DNA from: a virus
Lineage: Duplodnaviria > Caudoviricetes
Length of the DNA stretch: 41,879 nucleotides
Reading direction: 5' to 3' (one strand)
IMG/VR virus record: IMGVR_UViG_3300020059_000003
Coordinates: 1 to 41,879 of that record
Under the pieces are notes generated by a model. That model saw only the letters and a program-made list of their open reading frames with translations, ran no database searches and was not told the DNA's origin. Every line of letters begins with the position of its first letter. Within the stretch, counting starts at the first letter, position 1. Positions 25,801 through 35,779 of this stretch are shown here, in pieces. Made by a program: the position numbers and the translations under genes.

Positions 25801-28193
25801 CGTTGAATCCTCTGGAACCATGTAGGCCAGTTAGTGGTTGAATCTTCAAATGCAGAAGATTTAGGAGCATGGAGCATAACATCCCAGTTTGTGTGTTGAA
25901 CCATTTTAAGATCTTCAGGTCGCAAACCCATTTGAGTAAGATCAATCTTTTTACCAGTTAATGGATTCACAGTTTCTTTCATATTAACTGTAAATGCCGG
26001 GAGATCATCAAACATGATACGAAAAGCACGGTTCTGCTTATCACGTAATTCGAATGGGTGCTTATCATCTCCCATCGCATAGAGTGTAGCAGATTGACCA
26101 TCATTTGAAGTTTGAAAGAACCCACGTTGATGTATAAAGGTTCCGAGAGTTCTCATCTTGAGATTCTCAGACACTGGTTGTCTGAGTGTGGGAAAGATTG
26201 ATTGTCCATGAGTTTCGATATTAATTTCTGATGGATTGATGATTTGAAGCGCCATTTCCATACGTCGACCATAGTCCTGAATCTCATCATCAGTTCTATA
26301 AGGTTTTCCTGGTCCACGAGACTTCTGAAGCATAACTGTTTGACCATTCATGCTTGTGAATCCCAATTCAGAAGCAATAAGCATTTGAGTAGCAGACTTA
26401 ATTGCAAGATCAGGTGATTCACGATTTTGTGTAGCACGAGCGATTGCATAAGACATGATTCCACGTTTGAATCCATCAACTTCATCACCACGTTGAAAGT
26501 TGTCTCCCATTGTTGAGTGAGAAAATTGAAGCCACGTAGGATTAGAGTTCAGTGCAGTGTCGAAATCCTTCTTCTTATCTGAATTAACATCTTTGAGTGC
26601 TTCAGAATGCTGAATCGCACCAAGATAATCCTTAACCCACCAAGAATCCTTATGAAGAAAGGCAAGTTGATATTCTTGCTTAATTGCTGAACCAGATTTA
26701 GGCAAAGTCACCATATCATTGAATGCAATGTCTTGGTGTTTTGAATCTGGATACCGTGCCATCACTTGCTGAATATTATTAAGCATCTCTTGCGGACTAC
26801 CTTTATTAATCTCATCAGCATTCTGTTCCGCTTCCTCTACAGTCATGAGGTGACGATCATTAGTCGCTTTTCCAAGATATTGCTTACGGTCAATCTTAGT
26901 ATCGACTGCCATCATGTAACCTGTTTTCGGATCTTCCTTAAAGACCATTGGACCAACTTCATCAATCGCAGGAGCATGACCCTGATACTTCAATTGAAGA
27001 TCATAAAGCTCTCCCATTGTCTGAAGACGAGTCTTATCAGTCGATTGTTGAGCACGTTTTAATGCTTCTGCAACTACAGGGTTGTTTTGTTGTAGCCACG
27101 ACACTGGATTCTTCTCTTGAAGCTGAATCGACTGATGGACACGCTGGGATGCAATATCTAAGATGTCTGCATTCTCAGCAGTCTTACTATTACGGAGCAC
27201 AAGAAGTTCCCTACCTTGATCTTCTGAGTTCCAGGACTTGATTCGATCAATGAAGTCATTGGCTTTGTTAAATGTGTCAATCTGGGCATCATCTTTGGAC
27301 TTCTGTGCAACGGCCTTGTCACGGGTATAATAAGGTTGATATAATGATAGGTCAATTTTTCCCCGATCCAAACCAGTATATGCTTCTTTTAGTTTCTTTT
27401 CACGAAGTTGGTCAAACGCTGTGTGTTCAGCAGATGATTTCGACAATGATGCATTATCAATATGCTCATTGATTGTAAAACGTTCGTGCTCATCAAGAGT
27501 TTTTGAGGATTTGAGCAATTCCCGTGCAAATTGAGGATCCTCAGACATCGTTGCATAGGTCGCATCAACAATTGCCTTCTCCTTGAGCTTCTGTGCCATG
27601 GTTGGAGAGATTACTCCAAATGTCTTATCGATACTATCATTGATTTGGGAGAGATTATTCCTAAGACCCTGCCTAGCATCAACATTGGGAGTATCACGAG
27701 CAGATCGATAACTGTCTAAAGCCATCGCAGACTGCTGATCAATTGCTAGTGCGGCGGAATTGAGGTGGTTTGTTACAGAAACATGCAAAGCTTCATTGTA
27801 ACTGGTTCCAAGAAAAGATAACATTCGGAGCTTGAATTGCTGCAGTGCTTTTGTCGATGGAGCTTTACTAGAATTTGCGGCAATCCGTTCTTCTCCAAGT
27901 TTCTGCAAATCATCTGCAAAAGAGGATTTGGTATTGTTCTCTCCTTTAGACCTCCACAGATTTATGTAATTCTCTTCTTGTTGAGCGGCAGTTCCTGCCC
28001 ACACCAAATCATCCAACTTCTTCTTTTCAGCTTTGAGTGTGTATATATGTTCAATCTGGGAAGTATCTTGTCTTAGTGATTGCGCTGCTTGACCAACTGC
28101 TTCACCTATACCAAACTCATCAGGAGATGCTTGTGGTCCAGTTGATCCAGTTTTTATTGGATCATTTGCTAAGATTGTTGGTATTTGCGCCAT
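25797..28193 (-). CDS. internal virion protein (gp15 position)
   Basis: MAQIPT start, helical composition, synteny. Confidence 0.78.
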   Translation of the reverse strand: MAQIPTILANDPIKTGSTGPQASPDEFGIGEAVGQAAQSLRQDTSQIEHIYTLKAEKKKLDDLVWAGTAAQQEENYINLWRSKGENNTKSSFADDLQKLGEERIAANSSKAPSTKALQQFKLRMLSFLGTSYNEALHVSVTNHLNSAALAIDQQSAMALDSYRSARDTPNVDARQGLRNNLSQINDSIDKTFGVISPTMAQKLKEKAIVDATYATMSEDPQFARELLKSSKTLDEHERFTINEHIDNASLSKSSAEHTAFDQLREKKLKEAYTGLDRGKIDLSLYQPYYTRDKAVAQKSKDDAQIDTFNKANDFIDRIKSWNSEDQGRELLVLRNSKTAENADILDIASQRVHQSIQLQEKNPVSWLQQNNPVVAEALKRAQQSTDKTRLQTMGELYDLQLKYQGHAPAIDEVGPMVFKEDPKTGYMMAVDTKIDRKQYLGKATNDRHLMTVEEAEQNADEINKGSPQEMLNNIQQVMARYPDSKHQDIAFNDMVTLPKSGSAIKQEYQLAFLHKDSWWVKDYLGAIQHSEALKDVNSDKKKDFDTALNSNPTWLQFSHSTMGDNFQRGDEVDGFKRGIMSYAIARATQNRESPDLAIKSATQMLIASELGFTSMNGQTVMLQKSRGPGKPYRTDDEIQDYGRRMEMALQIINPSEINIETHGQSIFPTLRQPVSENLKMRTLGTFIHQRGFFQTSNDGQSATLYAMGDDKHPFELRDKQNRAFRIMFDDLPAFTVNMKETVNPLTGKKIDLTQMGLRPEDLKMVQHTNWDVMLHAPKSSAFEDSTTNWPTWFQRIQR

Positions 28194-28195
28194 AA

Positions 28196-28771
28196 CTATA
28201 CATTGAAATCCGGATTACTTCCATACCTAGTTGCAGACGATGCTCCACTCAAAATAGAACTTCCAGCACTAATATACCCAGAGGTTTGTGCATTTCGACC
28301 TTGCATTCCATAGAGACGTGCTTGAGAAACAGACGCTCCTGCTCCAACTCGACCAGTGTAAATTGCTGCTGCAACATCAAGTTCTCCTTGGATACTAGAA
28401 TCCATTAAAACATCAGACGCAGAACCATCTTCAATTGACACTCCAGATTTTGCAAAAGATGCACGTGCTTGTCCAAGCATTGCACGGTTTCGTGTTCGAA
28501 TTCTATCAGCTTCATATTGTGCTTGTTGAGCTTGTGCTTGAGCATTATTGGTTGCAACTTTCGCATTAAAGGAAGCAGCGTCATGTTGTGCTTGACCAGA
28601 GGATACTGCTCCATATGCCCCAACAGCTGCTGATACAATTGCAAGAACAACAAGTGTTGTCGACACATACCACGCCTTGGGGTCCATCGTTATAGGACAC
28701 TGAGTCCGATAAGTTTTGACTATTAGTTTAGCTTGTTGAAGACATCGATTAAATTGTTCCTCATGAGTCAT
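28196..28771 (-). CDS. internal virion protein (gp14-like) with N-terminal leader
   Basis: Hydrophobic AIVSAAVGAYG, A.FNA.VA..NA, G..RA.FA.SGV...GS..DV; start 28771 overlaps the GNAT stop. Confidence 0.85.
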   Translation of the reverse strand: MTHEEQFNRCLQQAKLIVKTYRTQCPITMDPKAWYVSTTLVVLAIVSAAVGAYGAVSSGQAQHDAASFNAKVATNNAQAQAQQAQYEADRIRTRNRAMLGQARASFAKSGVSIEDGSASDVLMDSSIQGELDVAAAIYTGRVGAGASVSQARLYGMQGRNAQTSGYISAGSSILSGASSATRYGSNPDFNV

Positions 28772-29219
28772 TGAGATCCTTAATATACATAGTTTGCAGT
28801 TTTCGATACTCATGAGAAGTATAAAACTTCTCAAGTTTCTCAGGATTCAATTCCTGCATGCAAGACATCGTCATACTGTGAGCACCAACATCACGAGCCC
28901 ATTCCTCAGCTGCGACAAACAACCTTAATCCATCACGACCTCTGTGTTCAGGATCAACAAACCAGAAAGTTTCTTCAGCAAGTGTTCTACCATCCATGAT
29001 TCCAAAAGAAAGTGACATTCCAATAATCCCTGTAATCACTTCATCTTTCTTAGTGACCCACGTTGCTGCAATACCCATTGATAAGCACTTGTTCCACATC
29101 ACTGAAAATGTCTCATGTCTGAAGGATCCTGAAAGACCAGTTTTAGAATAAAACTTTTCACCTAATCGCGCTACTTGCACAACAGTCTGATGATCAAGAA
29201 ATAGTAGTCGTTGTATCAT
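28761..29219 (-). CDS. GNAT acetyltransferase (gp13 position)
   Basis: E.FWFVDPEHRG..G..L....E.WA...G, KFY...Y. Confidence 0.88.
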   Translation of the reverse strand: MIQRLLFLDHQTVVQVARLGEKFYSKTGLSGSFRHETFSVMWNKCLSMGIAATWVTKKDEVITGIIGMSLSFGIMDGRTLAEETFWFVDPEHRGRDGLRLFVAAEEWARDVGAHSMTMSCMQELNPEKLEKFYTSHEYRKLQTMYIKDLNDS

Positions 29220-31645
29220 TCGTTCGTGTTAAGTTGTGGCATCAACGCTGTTACATTCAAAGCAACTGGTTCGTCTTGACTAATGACATAACTTCCACTC
29301 AAACCAAACCCTTGGTCAAGAGTAAATCGAACATCTCCAGTCTTTAGTGCAGTAAAATCGCTTTGATTGATTTTCGTCAAGTGTTGTTCATCTGGTCCAT
29401 GCTTGAAAGGCATCGAATCTTTTAGTCGAGCGGTTAGAACACTAATACGTTTCACTTTACCTTGGGAAGTTCCAGCTTGAGAACCACCTTCAGGGTCAAG
29501 AGTAACTATAGTAGCGGTAGTTTTGTATCCGACATGAACCTTTGAAGCAGCGGTTGTGAGGGTAATGGTTCCTCCTCCAGATACGACCTTAGTTCCAATA
29601 TAAATTCCATCAGCAAGAACTTGAACAGTCTCTCCAACCAAGTGTGTAAGACCCGAGATTGTTGTGGCAGGACTTCCAGAATAGCTCAATCCACAGTCCA
29701 CAAAAAACATACTAGATTGAACTACTCCTGATACATCAGTATCGAAAGCATTCTCAATATATTCAACATAGTGGCATTCTGATCCATTGACAGTTCGTTT
29801 TACCATCAAATAAACATCATCTGGACCAGAAGTAGTAGGAACACAGCAAATAGATTCAACAATTCCAGAACCTCCAATAATGTGTGAACTCCAAGCAACA
29901 ACATCTTGGTCCCGTTCGTATGTCATTGCTGCAAGATTACCATTATTAAGTATCATCCAAACCACAATCACTGGTTCCTTTTGGAAAGTAGAACGAAATC
30001 CACCAGTTCCTCTTCTTAGAATATGTTCAGCAAGAATGTTTAGATCTTTCGATTCAAAAGCATCGATCTGAAAGTTATATGTCATTTCACGAAGTTTGTT
30101 TCCACCACGCTGAAGATAAAGAACTGAAGAACCAATTCTATGCGGACGATGAGTCGATTGAGATCCAAAACTTGTTTGTTCCTTCGTGTCAATGTTCGTT
30201 GGAGTAATGGGTTGATTAAGCGCAGTTGCTTTCATCTGGTGTTCAGCACCTGCAGTTCCAATAAGCATTACTGGTCCACTCTCCATCCAACACAATGGAT
30301 TCGCCTTATTAGAAGCGAGAGTATAATTAACAGCATTATCAGCGACAACCGTCAAATCATCTTCAGTTGGAGCCATGTTCTCATAATCTCCAGATCGAGA
30401 TCCCCAAACAGTTTGTGGTTGTAAAGTAGTTTTTCCAAAAAATAAACGTTGCTCATGAAAAGTATTGATACTTGGCCAGTTTCCAACATACCATCCACCA
30501 TACCTGTGCTCATCAGCTGTTGCATTATTGTAAAGATTATCAGCATTTTCTGGATCAGGAGGTGGAACTTCATCAATAGTCACGCTCACAACAGTGGCTG
30601 AAGTAAAAGCAGTGATAGTTGCTACAACAACATTTACTCCATAAACTAACCGAATTACTCGACCAACATCATTTGTAGTAAATGCAGCTCCAGTGAGAGT
30701 AGCTGTGAGAGTAGCAGAAATGGTTCTAGTGTGTTTTACCATTGTGCTAGTCGGATAGGTATAAGTATACATTGTTGTAACAACAGTAGCAGTCATCCTT
30801 GAAGAACCCACATACCCAGTCAAGTGATACCAAACCCCAGTTGTTGTTGTTCGAATATACTTACCTTTATCTTGTGTAGTAAAGATTCCAGTTAAGTCAG
30901 AATTGATATTTGGACTGGTAAATGAGATTTCAGCAGCTATGTTTGGATCCATTACTGTATCAATCTGATCTACAGTCACCAACTTCGTATTTACAAAAGT
31001 CAAGATTACTCCAAATCTCCATTTCCCATTCTCTTTCCACTCGACATATTTTCCAACATCTCCAGCCGCAAAAACTGCAGCTCCTGATTGAATGAAAAGA
31101 TTTGAAGAATCTGTAATACCAGAAAGTGTCATCCTCGCAACAGAAGAATCAGGAACCAAATACGGTCCATCTGTTGGTGAGTATAGTGAAATAGTCCACG
31201 CAGTATGACTCGTCCGAGTTATCTTTCTAGTTTGATAACTTGGATGCGACACGTAAAGGACATCAGCAGATTGAATAAAGTAAAGCTGATCAAGATCAGC
31301 AGCTGCCCAAGGAGTAGAGATCTCTACTTGAACACCAGATCCAGGAGAAGTTTCTATGTATCCACGATCCTTATACACCCTCATGTATGAGGCACCAAAC
31401 TCTAAAACGTATGTTTGTATGTCCGAAAAAATGAATGATTGAAGTATAGAATGAGCATTACTTAATTTTGCAGCTTTTACGAACCTCGTTCCAGATCGAC
31501 GCCATGCCCCACCTTGGGGTCGAACAATCATGTTTTGAAGTTTTCTTGCTCCATTGAAGTATTTGTTTACATCAACACGACCATACATCAAAGGAGAGAC
31601 TTCTCCACTAGTGAAGTTCGTTTGTATGACATTCGCGCGTGCCAT
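29216..31645 (-). CDS. tail tubular protein B (nozzle, T7 gp12-like)
   Basis: QTNFTSGEVSP...GR.D, QGGA.RR.GT, Y.LEFG, QSADV, FHEQRL.F, AW..H. Confidence 0.93.
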   Translation of the reverse strand: MARANVIQTNFTSGEVSPLMYGRVDVNKYFNGARKLQNMIVRPQGGAWRRSGTRFVKAAKLSNAHSILQSFIFSDIQTYVLEFGASYMRVYKDRGYIETSPGSGVQVEISTPWAAADLDQLYFIQSADVLYVSHPSYQTRKITRTSHTAWTISLYSPTDGPYLVPDSSVARMTLSGITDSSNLFIQSGAAVFAAGDVGKYVEWKENGKWRFGVILTFVNTKLVTVDQIDTVMDPNIAAEISFTSPNINSDLTGIFTTQDKGKYIRTTTTGVWYHLTGYVGSSRMTATVVTTMYTYTYPTSTMVKHTRTISATLTATLTGAAFTTNDVGRVIRLVYGVNVVVATITAFTSATVVSVTIDEVPPPDPENADNLYNNATADEHRYGGWYVGNWPSINTFHEQRLFFGKTTLQPQTVWGSRSGDYENMAPTEDDLTVVADNAVNYTLASNKANPLCWMESGPVMLIGTAGAEHQMKATALNQPITPTNIDTKEQTSFGSQSTHRPHRIGSSVLYLQRGGNKLREMTYNFQIDAFESKDLNILAEHILRRGTGGFRSTFQKEPVIVVWMILNNGNLAAMTYERDQDVVAWSSHIIGGSGIVESICCVPTTSGPDDVYLMVKRTVNGSECHYVEYIENAFDTDVSGVVQSSMFFVDCGLSYSGSPATTISGLTHLVGETVQVLADGIYIGTKVVSGGGTITLTTAASKVHVGYKTTATIVTLDPEGGSQAGTSQGKVKRISVLTARLKDSMPFKHGPDEQHLTKINQSDFTALKTGDVRFTLDQGFGLSGSYVISQDEPVALNVTALMPQLNTNE

Positions 31646-32277
31646 TATGTCTGAGGGTCACGAACAAATCCTTGACTTGGTCCCAATCTCGATCTCATCC
31701 ACACATCATTATCGATTGATAGACCAGGGTTTTCTATGGAGTCCACAAACTTCGCTTTAGATACTGCAGCAAGAAAATCCTTCCACAATTGATCCTTAAG
31801 TGTATTGGATTGCGTAAGTTTATAACTGATTACCCATGCAAGATTAAGAGCAAGACAGTTAAAGAATACTGGATCGAAATCATCAACATCAATAGCATCC
31901 TTCACATACCGAATCCATAATGTGTCAGTGTTAGTAAGAACACACTTTCCTTCAAGTTGCCAATCAGCAAAATTCAATACATCGATACCAGCAGAATCCA
32001 TTACATTTGTAAGACGAAGATAATCAAGTGGAAGGTAAAGACTATAAAGATAATCAAATGAGGGAGCAACTGGATTCTGATCATTTGTGATGGTAAGAAT
32101 CTTCCTTGACATAGCAAAATTCCAAGGATGCATCCTAAGAACTGCTTGACGACAAATATTATAGTTACGACTACAAATCAATCCTTCAGGAGTCGTATCA
32201 GTGATTGCTCCTAGAGTTGAAGTCCCAATCATGTCAAGGGACCGATTCGCCACATCAACTGAAGTTCGCACTGGCAT
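31645..32277 (-). CDS. tail tubular protein A (adaptor, T7 gp11-like)
   Basis: N..L..IG, HPWNFA..R, Y.LP.D.LR, FDP.F...L...LA. Confidence 0.92.
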   Translation of the reverse strand: MPVRTSVDVANRSLDMIGTSTLGAITDTTPEGLICSRNYNICRQAVLRMHPWNFAMSRKILTITNDQNPVAPSFDYLYSLYLPLDYLRLTNVMDSAGIDVLNFADWQLEGKCVLTNTDTLWIRYVKDAIDVDDFDPVFFNCLALNLAWVISYKLTQSNTLKDQLWKDFLAAVSKAKFVDSIENPGLSIDNDVWMRSRLGPSQGFVRDPQT

Positions 32278-32284
32278 AAGTTAA

Positions 32285-32321
32285 CCGCCCCTTGAGGAAC
32301 ACACCAAGACTCAAGGGGCGG
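32285..32321 (-). terminator. strong hairpin after the capsid gene cluster
   Basis: Perfect 12-bp stem CCGCCCCTTGAG/CTCAAGGGGCGG, then TTAACTT on the - strand. Confidence 0.75.
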
Positions 32322-32328
32322 ATGGAAC

Positions 32329-32913
32329 TTAGTCCACTGTATAGGCAATCCAACCCCGAAGAGTTTGAGTGCCGATCGTGGCAGTGGCCGTAGTCACGGT
32401 CACCCACAGCTCCTTTGTAGTTTCATACATGCAACTCAGAGCATAAGTTGCTGCAAGACGGACAATTGCTGTTGTGGTGATGGTTTGAGCAGCCAGCAAG
32501 ATGGCATTATTGTCCGATACAGTCGCACCGACAGTATCGTCAATGAATCCTGTTCCATCTTTGCCCATAAGACCGAATGCGAATGTGGTTGAACCACCAG
32601 AGGCACTCATATGAGCTTCACCACTGATAATACGTGCACCCTTGGGAAGGACACACAATGCTGTATCATCCCCTGCAGCTTCTGAAGCATACACGCGAGT
32701 AAACATAGCAAACCTCATGCGTCCACCAGCCTGATTCGGCTTTAGTGGAGCATAAGCAGATGCAACATTTCTAATCGCTCCAGCTTCAGTTCCATAGGTG
32801 TCGATTGTTGTAGCCGTAGCTTGAGGATCGAAACCCTCAGGAGCTTGGCTCCGATATCCAGAGACAATTGCTCCGGCGATTCCACACAAAAGGAGGAAGT
32901 CTTTTCGTTTCAT
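32329..32913 (-). CDS. capsid decoration/cement-like protein with N-terminal leader
   Basis: GGR.R...F, GD...L..LP.GARI jelly-roll pattern ending in Y..D; downstream of the capsid gene. Confidence 0.75.
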   Translation of the reverse strand: MKRKDFLLLCGIAGAIVSGYRSQAPEGFDPQATATTIDTYGTEAGAIRNVASAYAPLKPNQAGGRMRFAMFTRVYASEAAGDDTALCVLPKGARIISGEAHMSASGGSTTFAFGLMGKDGTGFIDDTVGATVSDNNAILLAAQTITTTAIVRLAATYALSCMYETTKELWVTVTTATATIGTQTLRGWIAYTVD

Positions 32914-32925
32914 AGTTTCTTTCTT

Positions 32926-33207
32926 TTAATGATTTGCAACAACGTCCTCAAGAACTTCATCAGCGGAAATGTCCACTCCGGACAAATTCACGTCAGCATT
33001 CCCAGAGAACAAGTCAAGGAAGTTAATGAGCAAGTTAAAGTTTTCCTGGCTTCCCTCTTGTCGAAACGGAACTACAAATGACCAAGGAACATTGAAGTTG
33101 TAATCCGTCTGTCCACTACGATCAATCGCCTGTGGATTAGGTTGACCAGAATCTCCAGCAACTACTGGAGTAACAGTAACTCGAACTCTTCCAGAAATAA
33201 CAGCCAT
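32926..33207 (-). CDS. hypothetical virion-associated protein
   Basis: 93-aa ORF tightly packed in the capsid operon. Confidence 0.7.
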   Translation of the reverse strand: MAVISGRVRVTVTPVVAGDSGQPNPQAIDRSGQTDYNFNVPWSFVVPFRQEGSQENFNLLINFLDLFSGNADVNLSGVDISADEVLEDVVANH

Positions 33208-33211
33208 ATAG

Positions 33212-33451
33212 TTAAGCAGTTATGTTTGTGATTGCTGTCTCCGCCGTGGTTAGGTTTGTGGCATAACCAAGGTTGAGTTTCGCCAGAAGTCGCAGAGCAA
33301 AAAGCATATGAGCAGGAGTAGTTTGCACAATTCCCACTTTAATGCTCCCCATCGCTGTGATATCAGTGTCAGGAGCTGGTTTGTTGAACGAATGCTCCTC
33401 CACAGTTGTTCCGGAATCAACTCGTTCAAAGGTTACTTTCCACGCATCCAT
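33212..33451 (-). CDS. hypothetical virion-associated protein
   Basis: 79-aa ORF immediately after the capsid gene. Confidence 0.7.
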   Translation of the reverse strand: MDAWKVTFERVDSGTTVEEHSFNKPAPDTDITAMGSIKVGIVQTTPAHMLFALRLLAKLNLGYATNLTTAETAITNITA

Positions 33452-33455
33452 AAGT

Positions 33456-34439
33456 TTAGGCAGTTTCGTCGCATTTCACTCGAAGAACCTTCTCCTCCCA
33501 CATACGAGACGCACCGAAATTCCCACAGGCATACACCTGAATAGAATTACGTTTATCACGACGAGGACCGACATCGACCTTGATTTCCTGGGCAGTTGCA
33601 AGCAGCAAACCTTGACGTTCAAAGAAGATGCACTCACGAATCGAGGATGCGACAGTAAGACGATTCGACTTCACGAATTTGAAACCCATGAATGTATCAA
33701 TCTCACCAGCCACAAGTGCTTTGATTGTGTTGTAATCTGAGTTGGTAACCTCAGTAGTTCGCAACAGACCCTGAATTTGGGAAGGATCAACGATTGCTGC
33801 GAGGTCGAATTGACCTTCAGTCGTTGCTTCCGCTTTGTCCAGGAGATAACGAACTCGACGAAGTTTTCCAATCGTCAAATTGGAATTAGCTGCTGTTCCG
33901 GATTCCACATAATTCACTGCCACTTCAGATGCAGCTGGGAACGTCACTGACGTTGCACCAGTCTTACCTGTGTAAGCAGTTCCAAATGCAGCTTGGATAA
34001 GCACATCATCACATGCACGACCAAGTGCATAGACCGCATTGGTTACGTAGGAAGATGTAGGATCCGCCAACATACGCAATTTGTCTTTGTTATCGATCAA
34101 ATCCGCGAAGTCAAAGTCGCGAAGACCAACACGCCGACGGTCATGTGGAGTGGAGATGAGTGGAGTATCACCATGACGTGTGGTAACTTCCACAGCATCA
34201 ACGGCACCGATACGATCATAGAAATCAAATTCAGCGTGCTGAGTCTCATTTCGAACATACGGACGAATACGAGAACCCATCTGCTGGAACTTGATCTCTA
34301 TATTGGCCTTATACGACTGGACCAACGCAGTATCAACCTGAAAGCTGTTTTGAGGATCGAAACCAATTGGCGCTTCAGCACGATAATCGGCAACAATCCC
34401 TTTAGCAACTTCGAGGAAGTATTGCAAGTAGAGATTCAT
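33456..34439 (-). CDS. major capsid protein (BPP-1/HTVC010P-like) with N-terminal leader
   Basis: SFQV.TA.VQ.Y, QQMGSR.R, RHGDTP, D..DKLR.L.DP.S.Y, TNSDYN.IKALV.G.IDTF.GF.F, GA.R..E..V. Confidence 0.93.
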   Translation of the reverse strand: MNLYLQYFLEVAKGIVADYRAEAPIGFDPQNSFQVDTALVQSYKANIEIKFQQMGSRIRPYVRNETQHAEFDFYDRIGAVDAVEVTTRHGDTPLISTPHDRRRVGLRDFDFADLIDNKDKLRMLADPTSSYVTNAVYALGRACDDVLIQAAFGTAYTGKTGATSVTFPAASEVAVNYVESGTAANSNLTIGKLRRVRYLLDKAEATTEGQFDLAAIVDPSQIQGLLRTTEVTNSDYNTIKALVAGEIDTFMGFKFVKSNRLTVASSIRECIFFERQGLLLATAQEIKVDVGPRRDKRNSIQVYACGNFGASRMWEEKVLRVKCDETA

Positions 34440-34575
34440 ATTAAGTAATTCTGAACTGACTGCTAATCAGCAGAGTTACCCGTCGCCGGACTCGCCTATC
34501 GAACGCGGTCGGTTAGCCGCCTGAGCTTTCCTCAGGAGCAGTTGGACTGCTACGAATAACAGTTATCCAACAAGT
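34440..34575 (-). promoter_or_regulatory. structured 5' leader of the capsid mRNA
   Basis: Hairpins GCAGT/ACTGC, CCTGAG/CTCAGG, GCGG/CCGC, GAGTCC..GGGTAACTC, CTGCT/AGCAG. Confidence 0.6.
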
Positions 34576-34624
34576 CGAGGTCACTCTAATCCAGAGTGAC
34601 CTCGATGTAAACTACTATTTTACT
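34575..34624 (-). promoter_or_regulatory. capsid promoter TTTACA-N17-TAGAGT overlapped by a 13-bp inverted repeat
   Basis: -35 at 34606-34611, -10 at 34583-34588; repeat arms 34575-34587 and 34593-34605; 18-bp box shared with 40458-40475. Confidence 0.7.
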
Positions 34625-34642
34625 GGTGATTTACTTCCCCGC

Positions 34643-34912
34643 TCAGGCAGGTTTCGGTTCATCGTCGATGATCTCAAGCGACTCAGAGGGAAGGAGTACA
34701 AGCTTTCGGAGTTGACCTGCTGGAGCTTCCAAAGCAACAATCACTTGACCATCCTCCTCATTAAAAAGGGATTTACCAATCACTTCTCCAGTTTCCCCAG
34801 CAAGTGTTGCCCGAACACGATCTCCTTTGGAAACCTGTGCATCTGCGGTCTTCTTTTCTTCTGCTGCAGTCTTCTTCTCGGCCGCAGTAGTCTTTACTAT
34901 TGGTTTTGCCAT
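34643..34912 (-). CDS. hypothetical protein, possible KOW/SH3-like fold
   Basis: K/A-rich N-tail, GDRVR.....ETGEV. Confidence 0.7.
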   Translation of the reverse strand: MAKPIVKTTAAEKKTAAEEKKTADAQVSKGDRVRATLAGETGEVIGKSLFNEEDGQVIVALEAPAGQLRKLVLLPSESLEIIDDEPKPA

Positions 34913-34948
34913 ATATGGTATCTTTCTGTTAGGAATTAAGCTTTATGC

Positions 34949-35779
34949 TTACTCCGATTGTTTTCCAGGATAAGCTACCTGGTGCAACCTCAACCAACGT
35001 TCCACAGAGGCTTTGTGTCCAGGATCACTTGGTTTATTAAGTGATGCCTGAAAATCTTTATCAATCGTAAGAGTTGCGATCTCTTGAATCGCCCTTGTTG
35101 AGTTATTGATGTTGAAGTCTGCTCCACCGCCTTTGGCAGTATCTTCAGTAATCATTGTGCCAACCTTCGCAAGCATTCGAATCAACTGAGAGTTGTTACC
35201 CATTCCAGTTGAATCAATATATGCCATGAACTTCTCATCACCAAATTTTCTCACAACTGCCTTTGCAAGATCGACATTTGCATCATATTTGTCACCCCAT
35301 TCAGTTTTCAATTCCGCTTGGGCAGTAGCAACTTCCTGAGCTGACGCAGATGACTGTCCTCTCGCTCCTTCATTCATGACGTTCATATAATACTCCATGA
35401 CACCTCTGGCTTGCTGAGTAGATAATCCCAATTTGTGGAAGTGTCCTTTAACTTTGGTAAGTTTGTCACCATCAAGAGCAAGTCCAGGTTCCATCTTAAT
35501 ATCAGGAACCTCATACTTCTCTGGTAGATCAGGACGACCAGTCTGGGAGTAGAACTCATTCCACTGAGCATCGGTCCATGATTTCTCAGGAATAGGAAGA
35601 CGTTTCGTTCCAATCATTCTCTGGGCATTAAGGTAGTTTTTCCCAAGTGTAGGAACATCAGGAATGTCTTTGAAGACTGATTCCCCACGAATATCCTCAG
35701 GAAGTGTATTGAGGAATGCTGCGTTTGCGGGCGGTGCTCCGCCACCTCCACCAAGAGGATTTGGATCATATAGTATCAT
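34949..35779 (-). CDS. capsid assembly scaffold protein
   Basis: LPED.R, K.Y.NAQ.MIG, GRP..P..Y, GL...QA, L..EWG..YD; between portal and capsid genes. Confidence 0.9.
   Translation of the reverse strand: MILYDPNPLGGGGGAPPANAAFLNTLPEDIRGESVFKDIPDVPTLGKNYLNAQRMIGTKRLPIPEKSWTDAQWNEFYSQTGRPDLPEKYEVPDIKMEPGLALDGDKLTKVKGHFHKLGLSTQQARGVMEYYMNVMNEGARGQSSASAQEVATAQAELKTEWGDKYDANVDLAKAVVRKFGDEKFMAYIDSTGMGNNSQLIRMLAKVGTMITEDTAKGGGADFNINNSTRAIQEIATLTIDKDFQASLNKPSDPGHKASVERWLRLHQVAYPGKQSE

Noticed and set aside
32821-32913. Tat or Sec signal peptide (MKRKDFLLL...) on the decoration protein
   Set aside because: Superficially signal-like, but there is no RR pair and the segment aligns with the non-hydrophobic leaders of three other virion proteins; not fully excluded.
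33456-33500. T7-style capsid frameshift extension
   Set aside because: No slippery heptamer is evident near the stop, and the next gene has its own ATG.
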